A stretch of 36,535 nt of DNA from Candidatus Methylomirabilota bacterium (lineage in GTDB: Bacteria > Methylomirabilota > Methylomirabilia > Rokubacteriales > CSP1-6): assembly GCA_046734515.1 (NCBI GenBank), contig JBKPRI010000394.1:1-36535 (forward strand), read 5' to 3'. A program made the translations under genes and the position numbers. The notes beneath the pieces are model-generated. The model was given only the letters and a program-made list of their open reading frames with translations. It was not told where the DNA came from and made no database searches. Below, piece by piece: positions 1 to 7,669 of the stretch (position 1 is the stretch's first letter; each line of letters starts with the position of its first letter).

Positions 1-2
1 TT

Positions 3-413
3 GCATGGACCGTGATGGGCCAGGGCACACGCCTGGCCTGTGCACGCGATCCATGGGCGGCTATGCTCGCGGCCTCCGGAACGCCGGCGTACCGCGATGG
101 TGGAGGCCGCGTACTGGCGCGGGGCCCATTGGCCGGCAGGCTCGTCGTCTACGGGCCCGGCGTCGCCGGCGACGGCTGGCGGGTGATCCGCCTCGGCGGA
201 ACACTGCCGGTCGTTCGCGCGACGCTCCACGAGGCAGCCGCCGCCAGCCGACGTGATCTCTGGATCACGACGTGCCTGGCGGTGCTGCAGCGTGAATGGG
301 GGACGGTGTGCGGCCGTGCGGGCGGCAACGCGACAGAGTACCGGGACACCGCCGGACGTCTCATGGCGGAGGGGCCGTTCGCGGGCAGCCTCGTCACTGT
401 CGAGTCGCGGTAA
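3..413 (+). CDS. Hypothetical protein, possibly 5'-partial, with two copies of an internal motif
   Basis: The frame is open from the window edge to TAA at 411-413. YRDGGGRVLARGPLAGRLV and YRDTAGRLMAEGPFAGSLV recur 83 codons apart, which supports real coding. Confidence 0.55.
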   Translation, partial: AWTVMGQGTRLACARDPWAAMLAASGTPAYRDGGGRVLARGPLAGRLVVYGPGVAGDGWRVIRLGGTLPVVRATLHEAAAASRRDLWITTCLAVLQREWGTVCGRAGGNATEYRDTAGRLMAEGPFAGSLVTVESR

Positions 414-508
414 GATCGGGGGCAACTGCAGGACGCAAGGGCCTGCGCTCACTCCAGAGTTCTGTCGGACTTCCGGGCCGACGTCAGACGAGTGAATGGA
501 GGAGCCTC

Positions 509-1039
509 ATGGTCGAGGACCGCGCGGAAGTCCCGCTGCTCATCGCCTTCGTGGATCTCACCCGCTTCTTTTTGCAGAGCCAGCGCGTCACCGACACCGA
601 GCTCGCCGACACGCTCGACGCCTTCTACGAGTGCGTGTCGGCGCGGATCGACAAGTCGGGCGGGCGCGTGGTGAAGTTCCTCGGTGACGCGGCGCTGGTG
701 GTGTTCCCCGAGGACGCGGTGGATCGCGGCGTGGAGGCGCTGCTGGAGACGAAGGACGCCGTGGACGATCTCATGGAGAGCCGCCGCTGGGACTGCCGGC
801 TCACGGTGAAGGCCCACTTCGGCACCACCGTGGCGGGACCGTTCGGCGGCGCAGGGGTCAAGCGCTTCGACGTCATCGGCAAGGCCGTGAACACGACGGC
901 CACGCTCGAGGGCAGCGGCGTCACGCTCTCGGTCTCGGCGTTCCGCAAGCTGGGGCCGGAGCTGCGGCGGCGTTTTCGCAAGCACACGCCGCCCATCACC
1001 TACATCCGACTCGAGGACCCGCGGCGCGTCCGCGGGTGA
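509..1039 (+). CDS. Stand-alone class III adenylate/guanylate cyclase domain protein (176 aa)
   Basis: Motifs FVDLTRF, VKFLGDA and FDVIGKAVN..LE are present. The start is ATG 509, with GGAGGAG RBS at 498-504. Confidence 0.85.
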   Translation: MVEDRAEVPLLIAFVDLTRFFLQSQRVTDTELADTLDAFYECVSARIDKSGGRVVKFLGDAALVVFPEDAVDRGVEALLETKDAVDDLMESRRWDCRLTVKAHFGTTVAGPFGGAGVKRFDVIGKAVNTTATLEGSGVTLSVSAFRKLGPELRRRFRKHTPPITYIRLEDPRRVRG

Positions 1040-1045
1040 GCGCGC

Positions 1046-2221
1046 ATGCCGGTGCGACACCGCGCTATCGCCCACGTGGACATGGATGCGTTCTATGCGT
1101 CCGTGGAGCAGCGCGACAACCCGGAGCTGCGCGGGCTGCCGGTCATCGTGGGCGCCGATCCCCGGGGGCGCGGTGTCGTCTCGGCGTGCTCGTACGAGGC
1201 GCGTGTCTACGGCGTGCACTCCGCCATGCCGATCTCGCGCGCCTACCGTCTCTGCCCGCACGGCGTCTACCTGCCGGTGGACATGGACAAGTACGCGCGC
1301 GTCTCGGCCGAGATCATGGCGATCCTCGGCGAGTTCTCGCCGCTGGTGGAGCCCGTGTCGGTGGACGAGGCCTTCATCGATCTCACCGGCACCAGCACCC
1401 TGTGGGGGCCGCCCCCGGACGCGGTGCTCGCCATCAAGACGCGCATCAAGCGCGAGACCGGGCTCACGGCCTCCGCCGGGCTGGCGGCCAACAAGTTCAT
1501 CGCGAAGGTCGCCTCCGATCTGCGCAAGCCCGACGGGCTCGTGGTCGTCGAGCCCGGGCGCGAGGCCGAGTTCCTGGCGCCGCTGCCGATCGAGCGGCTG
1601 TGGGGCGTGGGCAAGGCCACGGCGAAGGAGCTGCAGACGCTGGGCGTGGCGACCATCGGCCAGCTGCAGCGCATCGCGCCGCGCGCGCTCGTTGCCCGGC
1701 TGGGCCCGCACGGGCCTGACCTGCTCGACCTGGCCTTTGGCCGCGACGAGCGGGCGGTCGAGCCGTTCTCGGCGCCGAAATCGATGGGGGCGGAGACGAC
1801 GTTCGAGCGTGACTGTCGCGAGCCGGCGCGCCTGGAGGAGACGCTGCGCTACCAGGCCGAGCGGGTTGCGCGCGAGCTGCGCGCGGAAGGTCTGGCCGCG
1901 TGCCGGGTGACGCTCAAGCTTCGATGGGCGGACTTCCGCACGCTGACGCGCAGCCAGACGGGCGACCCCACGCAGGATGGACTCGAGATCTACCGGCGCG
2001 CGGCGGCGCTACTGGCGCGGGAAAGGCTGGTGCAGGCCGTCCGTTTGATCGGACTGTCCGCCTCGACCTTCCGTCCTCAGGCGAGCGGACAGCTGCCACT
2101 GCTCGATCCCGCCGCCGTCCGGCGGGAGCAGCTCGCGCGCGCCGTCGACCGCATCACCGGCCGCTTCGGCCGGTCCGCGATCCTGCCGGCACGCTTGCTA
2201 GGCCGCGACGATCCGGAGTGA
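1046..2221 (+). CDS. dinB: DNA polymerase IV (Y family)
   Basis: HVDMDAFYASVE, SYEAR.YGV.SAM, SVDEAF and AKVASD..KPDG motifs, a little-finger domain, and a QLPLL clamp-binding-like motif near the C terminus. Confidence 0.96.
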   Translation: MPVRHRAIAHVDMDAFYASVEQRDNPELRGLPVIVGADPRGRGVVSACSYEARVYGVHSAMPISRAYRLCPHGVYLPVDMDKYARVSAEIMAILGEFSPLVEPVSVDEAFIDLTGTSTLWGPPPDAVLAIKTRIKRETGLTASAGLAANKFIAKVASDLRKPDGLVVVEPGREAEFLAPLPIERLWGVGKATAKELQTLGVATIGQLQRIAPRALVARLGPHGPDLLDLAFGRDERAVEPFSAPKSMGAETTFERDCREPARLEETLRYQAERVARELRAEGLAACRVTLKLRWADFRTLTRSQTGDPTQDGLEIYRRAAALLARERLVQAVRLIGLSASTFRPQASGQLPLLDPAAVRREQLARAVDRITGRFGRSAILPARLLGRDDPE

Positions 2222-2240
2222 ACGACCGCCACCGCTGGGG

Positions 2241-2259
2241 CTGTCAGTAAATATGACAG
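2241..2259. promoter_or_regulatory. Palindromic activator/enhancer-like site CTGTCA-N7-TGACAG
   Basis: Perfect 6-bp inverted repeat with an AT-rich spacer, about 60 bp upstream of a sigma54-type promoter. Confidence 0.5.
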
Positions 2260-2320
2260 TTCGGGCTGTGGTTTCCGGGGCGAGCTCGCTAACCCATCGT
2301 TCGTATTGGTCATTCCATTC

Positions 2321-2335
2321 TGGCCCGCCATTTGC
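2321..2335 (+). promoter_or_regulatory. sigma54 (RpoN) -24/-12 promoter
   Basis: TGGCCCG-CCAT-TTGC has one mismatch to TGGCACG-N4-TTGC, with correct GG/GC spacing. It lies 31 bp before ATG 2367. Confidence 0.7.
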
Positions 2336-2366
2336 GCTATAGGGCGCGATTTCTCTGCGAGGGACT

Positions 2367-5300
2367 ATGGCCAAAATTTGCCGGTTTGACCTCGTCGCGC
2401 TGTCACGTGCAACGGTGTTATGTCTGCTGACCGGACTCTTCCTCGCGCCGGCGGCCAGCGCCGACGTGCCGGTCCTCACGAGCTTCACTCCAGCCGCGGG
2501 TCCTGTCGGCACGACAGTCACGCTCAACGGGCGCGGATTTCTGGGTGCAACCGACGTGGTGTTCCAGGACGGCGTGCGGGCCACGCCCGCGACGGTGACA
2601 GCGACCTCTCTGCGTGTCGTCGTGCCAGCCGGCGCGGTAACGGGGAGTCTGGCCGTCGTGACCCCTGATGGACGGGGGACGTCGACCAGCGCGTTTCGCG
2701 TAGCACCCATGATCCTCGGCTTCTCGCCGACCACGGGCATCCTGGGCGCTCAGATCACGCTGAGCGGTTTCAATCTGGCGAATGCCGGCCCCCCGCCCGT
2801 CGTGCAGGTCGGCGCGGCTACGGCAGTCCTGACGGACGTCACCCCCACGTCGATCACGTTGACGATCCCGCCCACCGCGACGACTGGGCGGCTCACCGTG
2901 AAGACGTCGGACGGCGTCGCAACGACGGTCGCCAGCTTGACGGTCATCCGGCCGCCGACGGTGACGAGCTTTTCTCCGGCATCCGGAACGGTCGGACAGG
3001 TCGTCACCATCACGGGGACCGGCCTGAGCGGAGTGGCGGAGCTGCAGTTCGAGGGCGCACGCGCCGCCGTGCTCGCGCCGGCGTCGGCGACGTCGCTGCG
3101 GGTGACGGTGCCGGCCGGAGCGATGACGGGCCGTTTGTCGGTGACCAACACGGGCGGCAGTGGTCAGAGCGCGCAGCTGTTCCGTGTCGCGCCGAAGATT
3201 CTCGGCTTCACTCCGACCACCGGTATCCTGGGCACGCAGGTCACCCTGAGCGGCTTCAATCTGGCGAATGCCGGTCCGCCGCCCGTCGTGCAGGTGGGCG
3301 CGGTTCCCGCGGTCGTGACGGACGCCACCCCGACGTCGGTCACGCTGACGATTCCGCCGGCCGCGATGACCGGCCGACTCACCGTGAAGACTTCGGACGG
3401 GGTCGCGACGACGGATGCCAGCTTGACGGTGATCCGGCCGCCGACGGTGACGAGCTTCTCTCCGGCATCCGCAACGGTTGGACAGGTCGTCACCGTCACG
3501 GGGACCGGCCTCGGCGGAGTAGCGGAGGTGCGGTTCGAAGGCGCGAGCGCCCCGGTCCTGGCGCCCGCATCGCCGACGTCGCTGCGGGTCACAGTCCCGG
3601 CCGGAGCGACGACGGGCCGCCTGTCGGTGACGAACACGGGCGGCAGCGGTCAGAGCGCTCAGGTGCTTCGTGTCGCGCCGAAGATCCTCGACTTCGCTCC
3701 GGTCACCGGCATCCTCGGCACTCGGGTCACGCTGACCGGCTTCAACCTGGCGAATGCCGGCCCGCCGCCCGTGGTGCAGGTGGGGACCGTCTCGGCGGTT
3801 GTGACGGACGTCACCCCGACCTCGGTCACCATGACCATTCCGCCCGCCGCGACGACCGGACGGCTCACCGTGAGAACGTCGGACGGGGTCGCGACCACGG
3901 TCGCCAGCCTGACAGTGATCCGGCCGCCGACGGTGACCGCGCTCTCGCCGGCGTCCGGCACAGTCGGACAGGTCGTCACCCTCACCGGGACCGGTCTGAG
4001 TGGAGTGTCGGAAGTGCAGTTCGAGGGCGCGCGCGCCGCGGTCCTGGCCCCCGCGACCGCGACGTCGCTCCGGGTCACGGTGCCGGCCGGCGCGGTGACC
4101 GGTCGCCTGTCGGTGACCAACACGGGCGGCAGTGGTCTGAGCGCCTCGGTCTTCCGCCTCCTGCCGAAGATCACCGGACTCACGCCGACCGCGGCCCTCG
4201 TGAACGACCGCGTGACGGTGACGGGATTCAATCTCACGGAGAGCGCCGTGCCGACGGTCCGGGTGGGAGCGGTCGGTGCCACCGTCGTGACCGCCGCCCC
4301 CACGTCGGTCACGTTCACGGTGCCGGCTGCGGCGATCACGGGGCGTATCACGGTGATGACGACGGCTGCCGCGCTGAGTCCCACGGAGCTCATCGTGATC
4401 CGGCCGCCCACCGTCGCGTCGTTCTCGCCTGCCGCAGGTCCCGTCGGGACCACGGTCACCGTGAGCGGGACCAATCTCGGGACCGCGACCGGGGTGACGT
4501 TCAACGGCGGCGGCGTCGCCGCGGTCACCATCGTCTCGCCGACATCACTGCGCGTCGTGGTCCCGCCGGGCGCGACGACGGGTCGTATCGGCGTCATCAA
4601 CCCGGCCGGAAGCGCGCAGAGCGTCGGTGTGTTCCGCGCCGCGCCACGCATCACCCTCCTCTCGCCCGGCGCGGCCGTACCGGGCGAGGCCGTGACGATC
4701 ACGGGCTTCAATCTCACCGCGGGGGCTGCCCTGCCGACGGTGCGGGTCGGGTCCGTGGCCGCCGTCGTGAGCGGGGCGACGCCGACGTCGGCCACGCTGA
4801 TCGTGCCGGCCACGGCGACGACCAACCGCGTCTCCGTCACGACCGTCGATGGGACCGGCAGCAGCGACGCCGCGCTCACCGTGCTGGCGCGGACGGTGCC
4901 CCGCCCCGCCGCCATGCAGCCGCCGGCCGCCGCCGTCGGTGCGACGATCGTGGTGACGGGGAGTGGATTGTCCCTGAGCAACCGCGTCGTGTTCACCGGC
5001 GGCATCGCCGCCATTCCTACCGCGGTGACCGCCACGTCGCTGAGCGTGGTCGTCCCGAACGGCGCCGCCACGGGGCCGCTGACGGTCACGAATCCCGTGG
5101 GCACCGGGACGAGCGCCGCGACGCTGAGGATCCTGCCGGCGATCACCACCGTGACGCCGCGCGCGGGTGTCGTCGGGGCGACGATCACCGTGTCCGGAAC
5201 GAGTCTCAAGGTCGGCTCCAACGCTCCGCAGGTGAGCCTGGGCGGGCTGCCGGTCGCAGTCGAGACGTCCTCACCCGCCGCGGTGACGATCCGGATCCCG

Positions 5301-6608
5301 GAGGGCGCCGCGAGCGGACGGATTCAGCTGACCACCGCGGACGGCACGGCGACGAGCGCGGACACCGTGCTCGTCACCCCGCGAGCCGTCGTCGAGGCCG
5401 CGCTCCGCAAGACGACCACGCGGAGGACAGGGACCACGCTCGATCGCGTCGTCGAGGTGCGATTCCCCTCCCTCGTGGGGGACTTTCACTCCGTCACCGT
5501 CACGGATGGCGTCCTCTTGCAGGACGCACCGCTGGTCCTCGGAGGTCAGCTGGTGAGCGGCGGTCGAGTGACCGACGACTTCCGTCTGCGCCGGGTCTTG
5601 ACCGACACCGAGGAGTATCCGGCCGCCGACCGGCAGTTCACGATCGTCGCCACGCCGGCGGCCGGCGGCGATCCGATCGTGATGCACACGACACCCCAGA
5701 CGCTCGGGAGTCTCGACGAGGTGACGATTTTCGACGTCCTTAGTGCCCGCGTCACGGCTGAGCCCAGGATCCTCACCTTCTTGGAGTCGCAATCCTCGGT
5801 CGTGGGATCCACCGGCGAAGCGGCGGGTACTATCGTCGAGGTGTTCGGATGCCTCGGTCAGGACTGCTCGTTCACTAGCCTCGGCACCGCCCTCATGAGC
5901 CCACCATTTTGGGCATTCACCCTGCCGTCGGCAGTCCACCCCGGCGACCGTATCAGCGCGCGCGCCACAGCCCCCGGCAAGATCACCAGTCGTCTGACGT
6001 CATCGTTCATCGTTACGGGTCCCGGGCAGCTCGTCGCGCCGCGCATCGTCGAGCCGGTCTCGTCGAACACCACGGACCTGCTGGGGTCAGGCTCGGAAGG
6101 CAGCACGGTCGAAGTGTTTGCCGAAGGGCCGGTCGTGACATCCCTTGGCTCAGCGACAGTCGTGGCAGGCGCCTGGCAGATCCAGCTGGCCGAGGGCCTC
6201 GGCTCGGGACAGCGACTCTTCGCCATCGCGCGCCAGCCGGGCTTTGCTGACTCCCCGCCGAGCGAGGTCGTAGTCGTCGCCGAGCCCGCCGACACCGGGG
6301 TCTTCGCGTTCTCCGTCGTCGAGCAGGTGCCGCTGGTGATCGCCTGGGACATGAGAGGGCTCACCGCTCCGCTCGCGAGCCTTCGGCTGTCGATCATCGT
6401 CGCGAATGCCGAGCAGACGCTGGCCTGTTCCGAAACCGACGTGTTCAACGCCGATGTGGTGCCGCCGGGGACGGCGAGTGTCACCGTATTCGTCCCGTCC
6501 ACCTGCACGGGGCCCAGTGGGCCGCAGCCCGCTGTGCGGGGCGAAGTCTGCGTCGGAACCATCGACGACCGCGCCCAGCACAGCGAGCACTGCCTGGTTC
6601 TCGATTAG
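2367..6608 (+). CDS. Large secreted/surface protein with about 12 IPT/TIG domains and C-terminal Ig-like domains (1413 aa)
   Basis: Signal-peptide-like N terminus (...LFLAPAASA|DVP) and repeated P.(I/V)TSFSP..G.VG..VT(I/L)TG.(G/N)L ... VTVPAGA.TG.(L/I).VT units. GAGGGA RBS. Confidence 0.9.
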   Translation: MAKICRFDLVALSRATVLCLLTGLFLAPAASADVPVLTSFTPAAGPVGTTVTLNGRGFLGATDVVFQDGVRATPATVTATSLRVVVPAGAVTGSLAVVTPDGRGTSTSAFRVAPMILGFSPTTGILGAQITLSGFNLANAGPPPVVQVGAATAVLTDVTPTSITLTIPPTATTGRLTVKTSDGVATTVASLTVIRPPTVTSFSPASGTVGQVVTITGTGLSGVAELQFEGARAAVLAPASATSLRVTVPAGAMTGRLSVTNTGGSGQSAQLFRVAPKILGFTPTTGILGTQVTLSGFNLANAGPPPVVQVGAVPAVVTDATPTSVTLTIPPAAMTGRLTVKTSDGVATTDASLTVIRPPTVTSFSPASATVGQVVTVTGTGLGGVAEVRFEGASAPVLAPASPTSLRVTVPAGATTGRLSVTNTGGSGQSAQVLRVAPKILDFAPVTGILGTRVTLTGFNLANAGPPPVVQVGTVSAVVTDVTPTSVTMTIPPAATTGRLTVRTSDGVATTVASLTVIRPPTVTALSPASGTVGQVVTLTGTGLSGVSEVQFEGARAAVLAPATATSLRVTVPAGAVTGRLSVTNTGGSGLSASVFRLLPKITGLTPTAALVNDRVTVTGFNLTESAVPTVRVGAVGATVVTAAPTSVTFTVPAAAITGRITVMTTAAALSPTELIVIRPPTVASFSPAAGPVGTTVTVSGTNLGTATGVTFNGGGVAAVTIVSPTSLRVVVPPGATTGRIGVINPAGSAQSVGVFRAAPRITLLSPGAAVPGEAVTITGFNLTAGAALPTVRVGSVAAVVSGATPTSATLIVPATATTNRVSVTTVDGTGSSDAALTVLARTVPRPAAMQPPAAAVGATIVVTGSGLSLSNRVVFTGGIAAIPTAVTATSLSVVVPNGAATGPLTVTNPVGTGTSAATLRILPAITTVTPRAGVVGATITVSGTSLKVGSNAPQVSLGGLPVAVETSSPAAVTIRIPEGAASGRIQLTTADGTATSADTVLVTPRAVVEAALRKTTTRRTGTTLDRVVEVRFPSLVGDFHSVTVTDGVLLQDAPLVLGGQLVSGGRVTDDFRLRRVLTDTEEYPAADRQFTIVATPAAGGDPIVMHTTPQTLGSLDEVTIFDVLSARVTAEPRILTFLESQSSVVGSTGEAAGTIVEVFGCLGQDCSFTSLGTALMSPPFWAFTLPSAVHPGDRISARATAPGKITSRLTSSFIVTGPGQLVAPRIVEPVSSNTTDLLGSGSEGSTVEVFAEGPVVTSLGSATVVAGAWQIQLAEGLGSGQRLFAIARQPGFADSPPSEVVVVAEPADTGVFAFSVVEQVPLVIAWDMRGLTAPLASLRLSIIVANAEQTLACSETDVFNADVVPPGTASVTVFVPSTCTGPSGPQPAVRGEVCVGTIDDRAQHSEHCLVLD
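2703..4160 (+). repeat. Three near-identical 486-bp (162-aa, two-IPT) tandem coding repeats, followed by more diverged copies to about 5380
   Basis: Units start at 2703, 3189, 3675 and 4161 (exact 486-bp period), then 4641 and 5133. Confidence 0.9.
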
Positions 6609-6611
6609 TTA

Positions 6612-7043
6612 CTAGGGACCAAGCGGGTTGCACTTTCCGCCGTCGCCCGGCTGGTTGCACACGTCACTGTTGATCGCCTGGTTGACGAGCGCGGCCCAGT
6701 CGTCGGGGAAGCCCGCCGGAATCGTCGTCGTGCACTTCGCGCCCATCGCGGTTGCGGCAGGACCCGCCAGCAGGTAGCCCTGGCATGCCGCGTTGTCGGC
6801 GGCGGCCTTCACCGCGGCGACGTAGCCGGCATGCGTGCCGTAACGCTCCTCGAGCGACGGCCGCGTATCGCGGGCCGCCAGACGCTGCGCCTTGGTCTTG
6901 AAGAACGGAACCATGCCGCCGACGTAGTTGCAAACCTGGCCGGCGTGGCACGGCCGCCCGTCGTAGAACGGATGACCGGGCCCGGCGGTGATGTTCCAGC
7001 CAAGGTAGGTCGCGAGCGGGGCGTCGCGCTGCACGGTCGGCAT
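6612..7043 (-). pseudogene. 3' remnant of an alpha/beta-hydrolase-domain gene
   Basis: PLATYLGWN ... PFFKTKAQRLAARDTRPSLEERYGTHAGYVAAV resembles the C terminus of a family of much longer alpha/beta hydrolase-domain proteins (recognised from memory). The N-terminal part is absent and directly abuts the LysR remnant. Confidence 0.7.
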
Positions 7044-7560
7044 CTGGCCAGCGGCCGCCGCGGCCTCGTGACGATCGCGCGCTGCCCTCGGTGGCCTCCA
7101 CGCTGCTGCCCGACAGCATCGCCGAATTCACCGCGCGGCATCCCGGCGTCACCGTCCGCGTGCGCGACGGCGTCGCCGAGCGGGTGACGAGCCTGGTGAA
7201 GAGCGGCGAGGCGGACTTCGGGATCGGCAGCCCTGCCCGGAGCGATCCCGAGCTGCGCGTGTCCGCGCTGATGCACGATCCCCTCGGCGTGGCCTTTCGC
7301 CCCGGCCATCCGCTGGAGCGGCGCAAGCACGTGCGCCCGCGCGACCTCGTCGGCTGCCCGCTGATCCTGCTCGACGGCGACCACAGCGTGCGCGTGCTCA
7401 TCGAGCGCGTCTTCGAGTCCCTCGGCGAGCCGCTCACCGCTCACACCGGCCTACGAGGCCAGCTATGTGCCGACCGCGCTGGGCTTGGCCAAGGCCGGCC
7501 TCGGCGTCGCGGTCATCGCCTACACGGCCGATGCGGCGGCCACACAGGCCGCGGGCCCTC
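7041..7560 (+). pseudogene. LysR-type regulator remnant (substrate-binding domain only, two frameshifts)
   Basis: Reads HLASGRRGLVTIA /-1/ LPSVASTLLPDSIAEFTARHPGVTVRV...GEADFGI...EPL /+7/ TPAYEASYVPTALGLAKAGLGVAVI. There is no HTH. The end coordinate is approximate. Confidence 0.85.
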
Positions 7561-7605
7561 GCGGCGGTGGTCCATGCGAGCTGGGGCAACGACGTCCCGG
7601 TATGA

Positions 7606-7634
7606 TTGCGGCGGCCGGCCGCGTCGGCTACACT
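7606..7634 (+). promoter_or_regulatory. sigma70-type promoter of the ferritin-like/carboxylase operon
   Basis: TTGCGG (7606-7611), 17-bp spacer, TACACT (7629-7634). Confidence 0.6.
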
Positions 7635-7636
7635 CC

Positions 7637-7654
7637 ACTGAACGGTTGTTCAGT
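7637..7654. promoter_or_regulatory. Operator-like palindrome ACTGAAC-GGTT-GTTCAGT
   Basis: Perfect 7-bp inverted repeat immediately downstream of the -10 box, covering the expected +1. Confidence 0.65.
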
Positions 7655-7669
7655 CTCCGGGGGGCTCTC

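Noticed and set aside
509-1039. Pycsar/CBASS-type defence cyclase
   Set aside because: There is no adjacent TM, TIR or cNMP-binding effector, and the specificity residues look adenine-type.
2703-5380. CRISPR array or non-coding repeat
   Set aside because: The repeats are 486-bp in-frame coding units with no spacer structure.
2222-7600. Intact mobile element or genomic island with defined ends
   Set aside because: The region looks accessory, but no integrase, transposase, tRNA or flanking direct repeats were seen.
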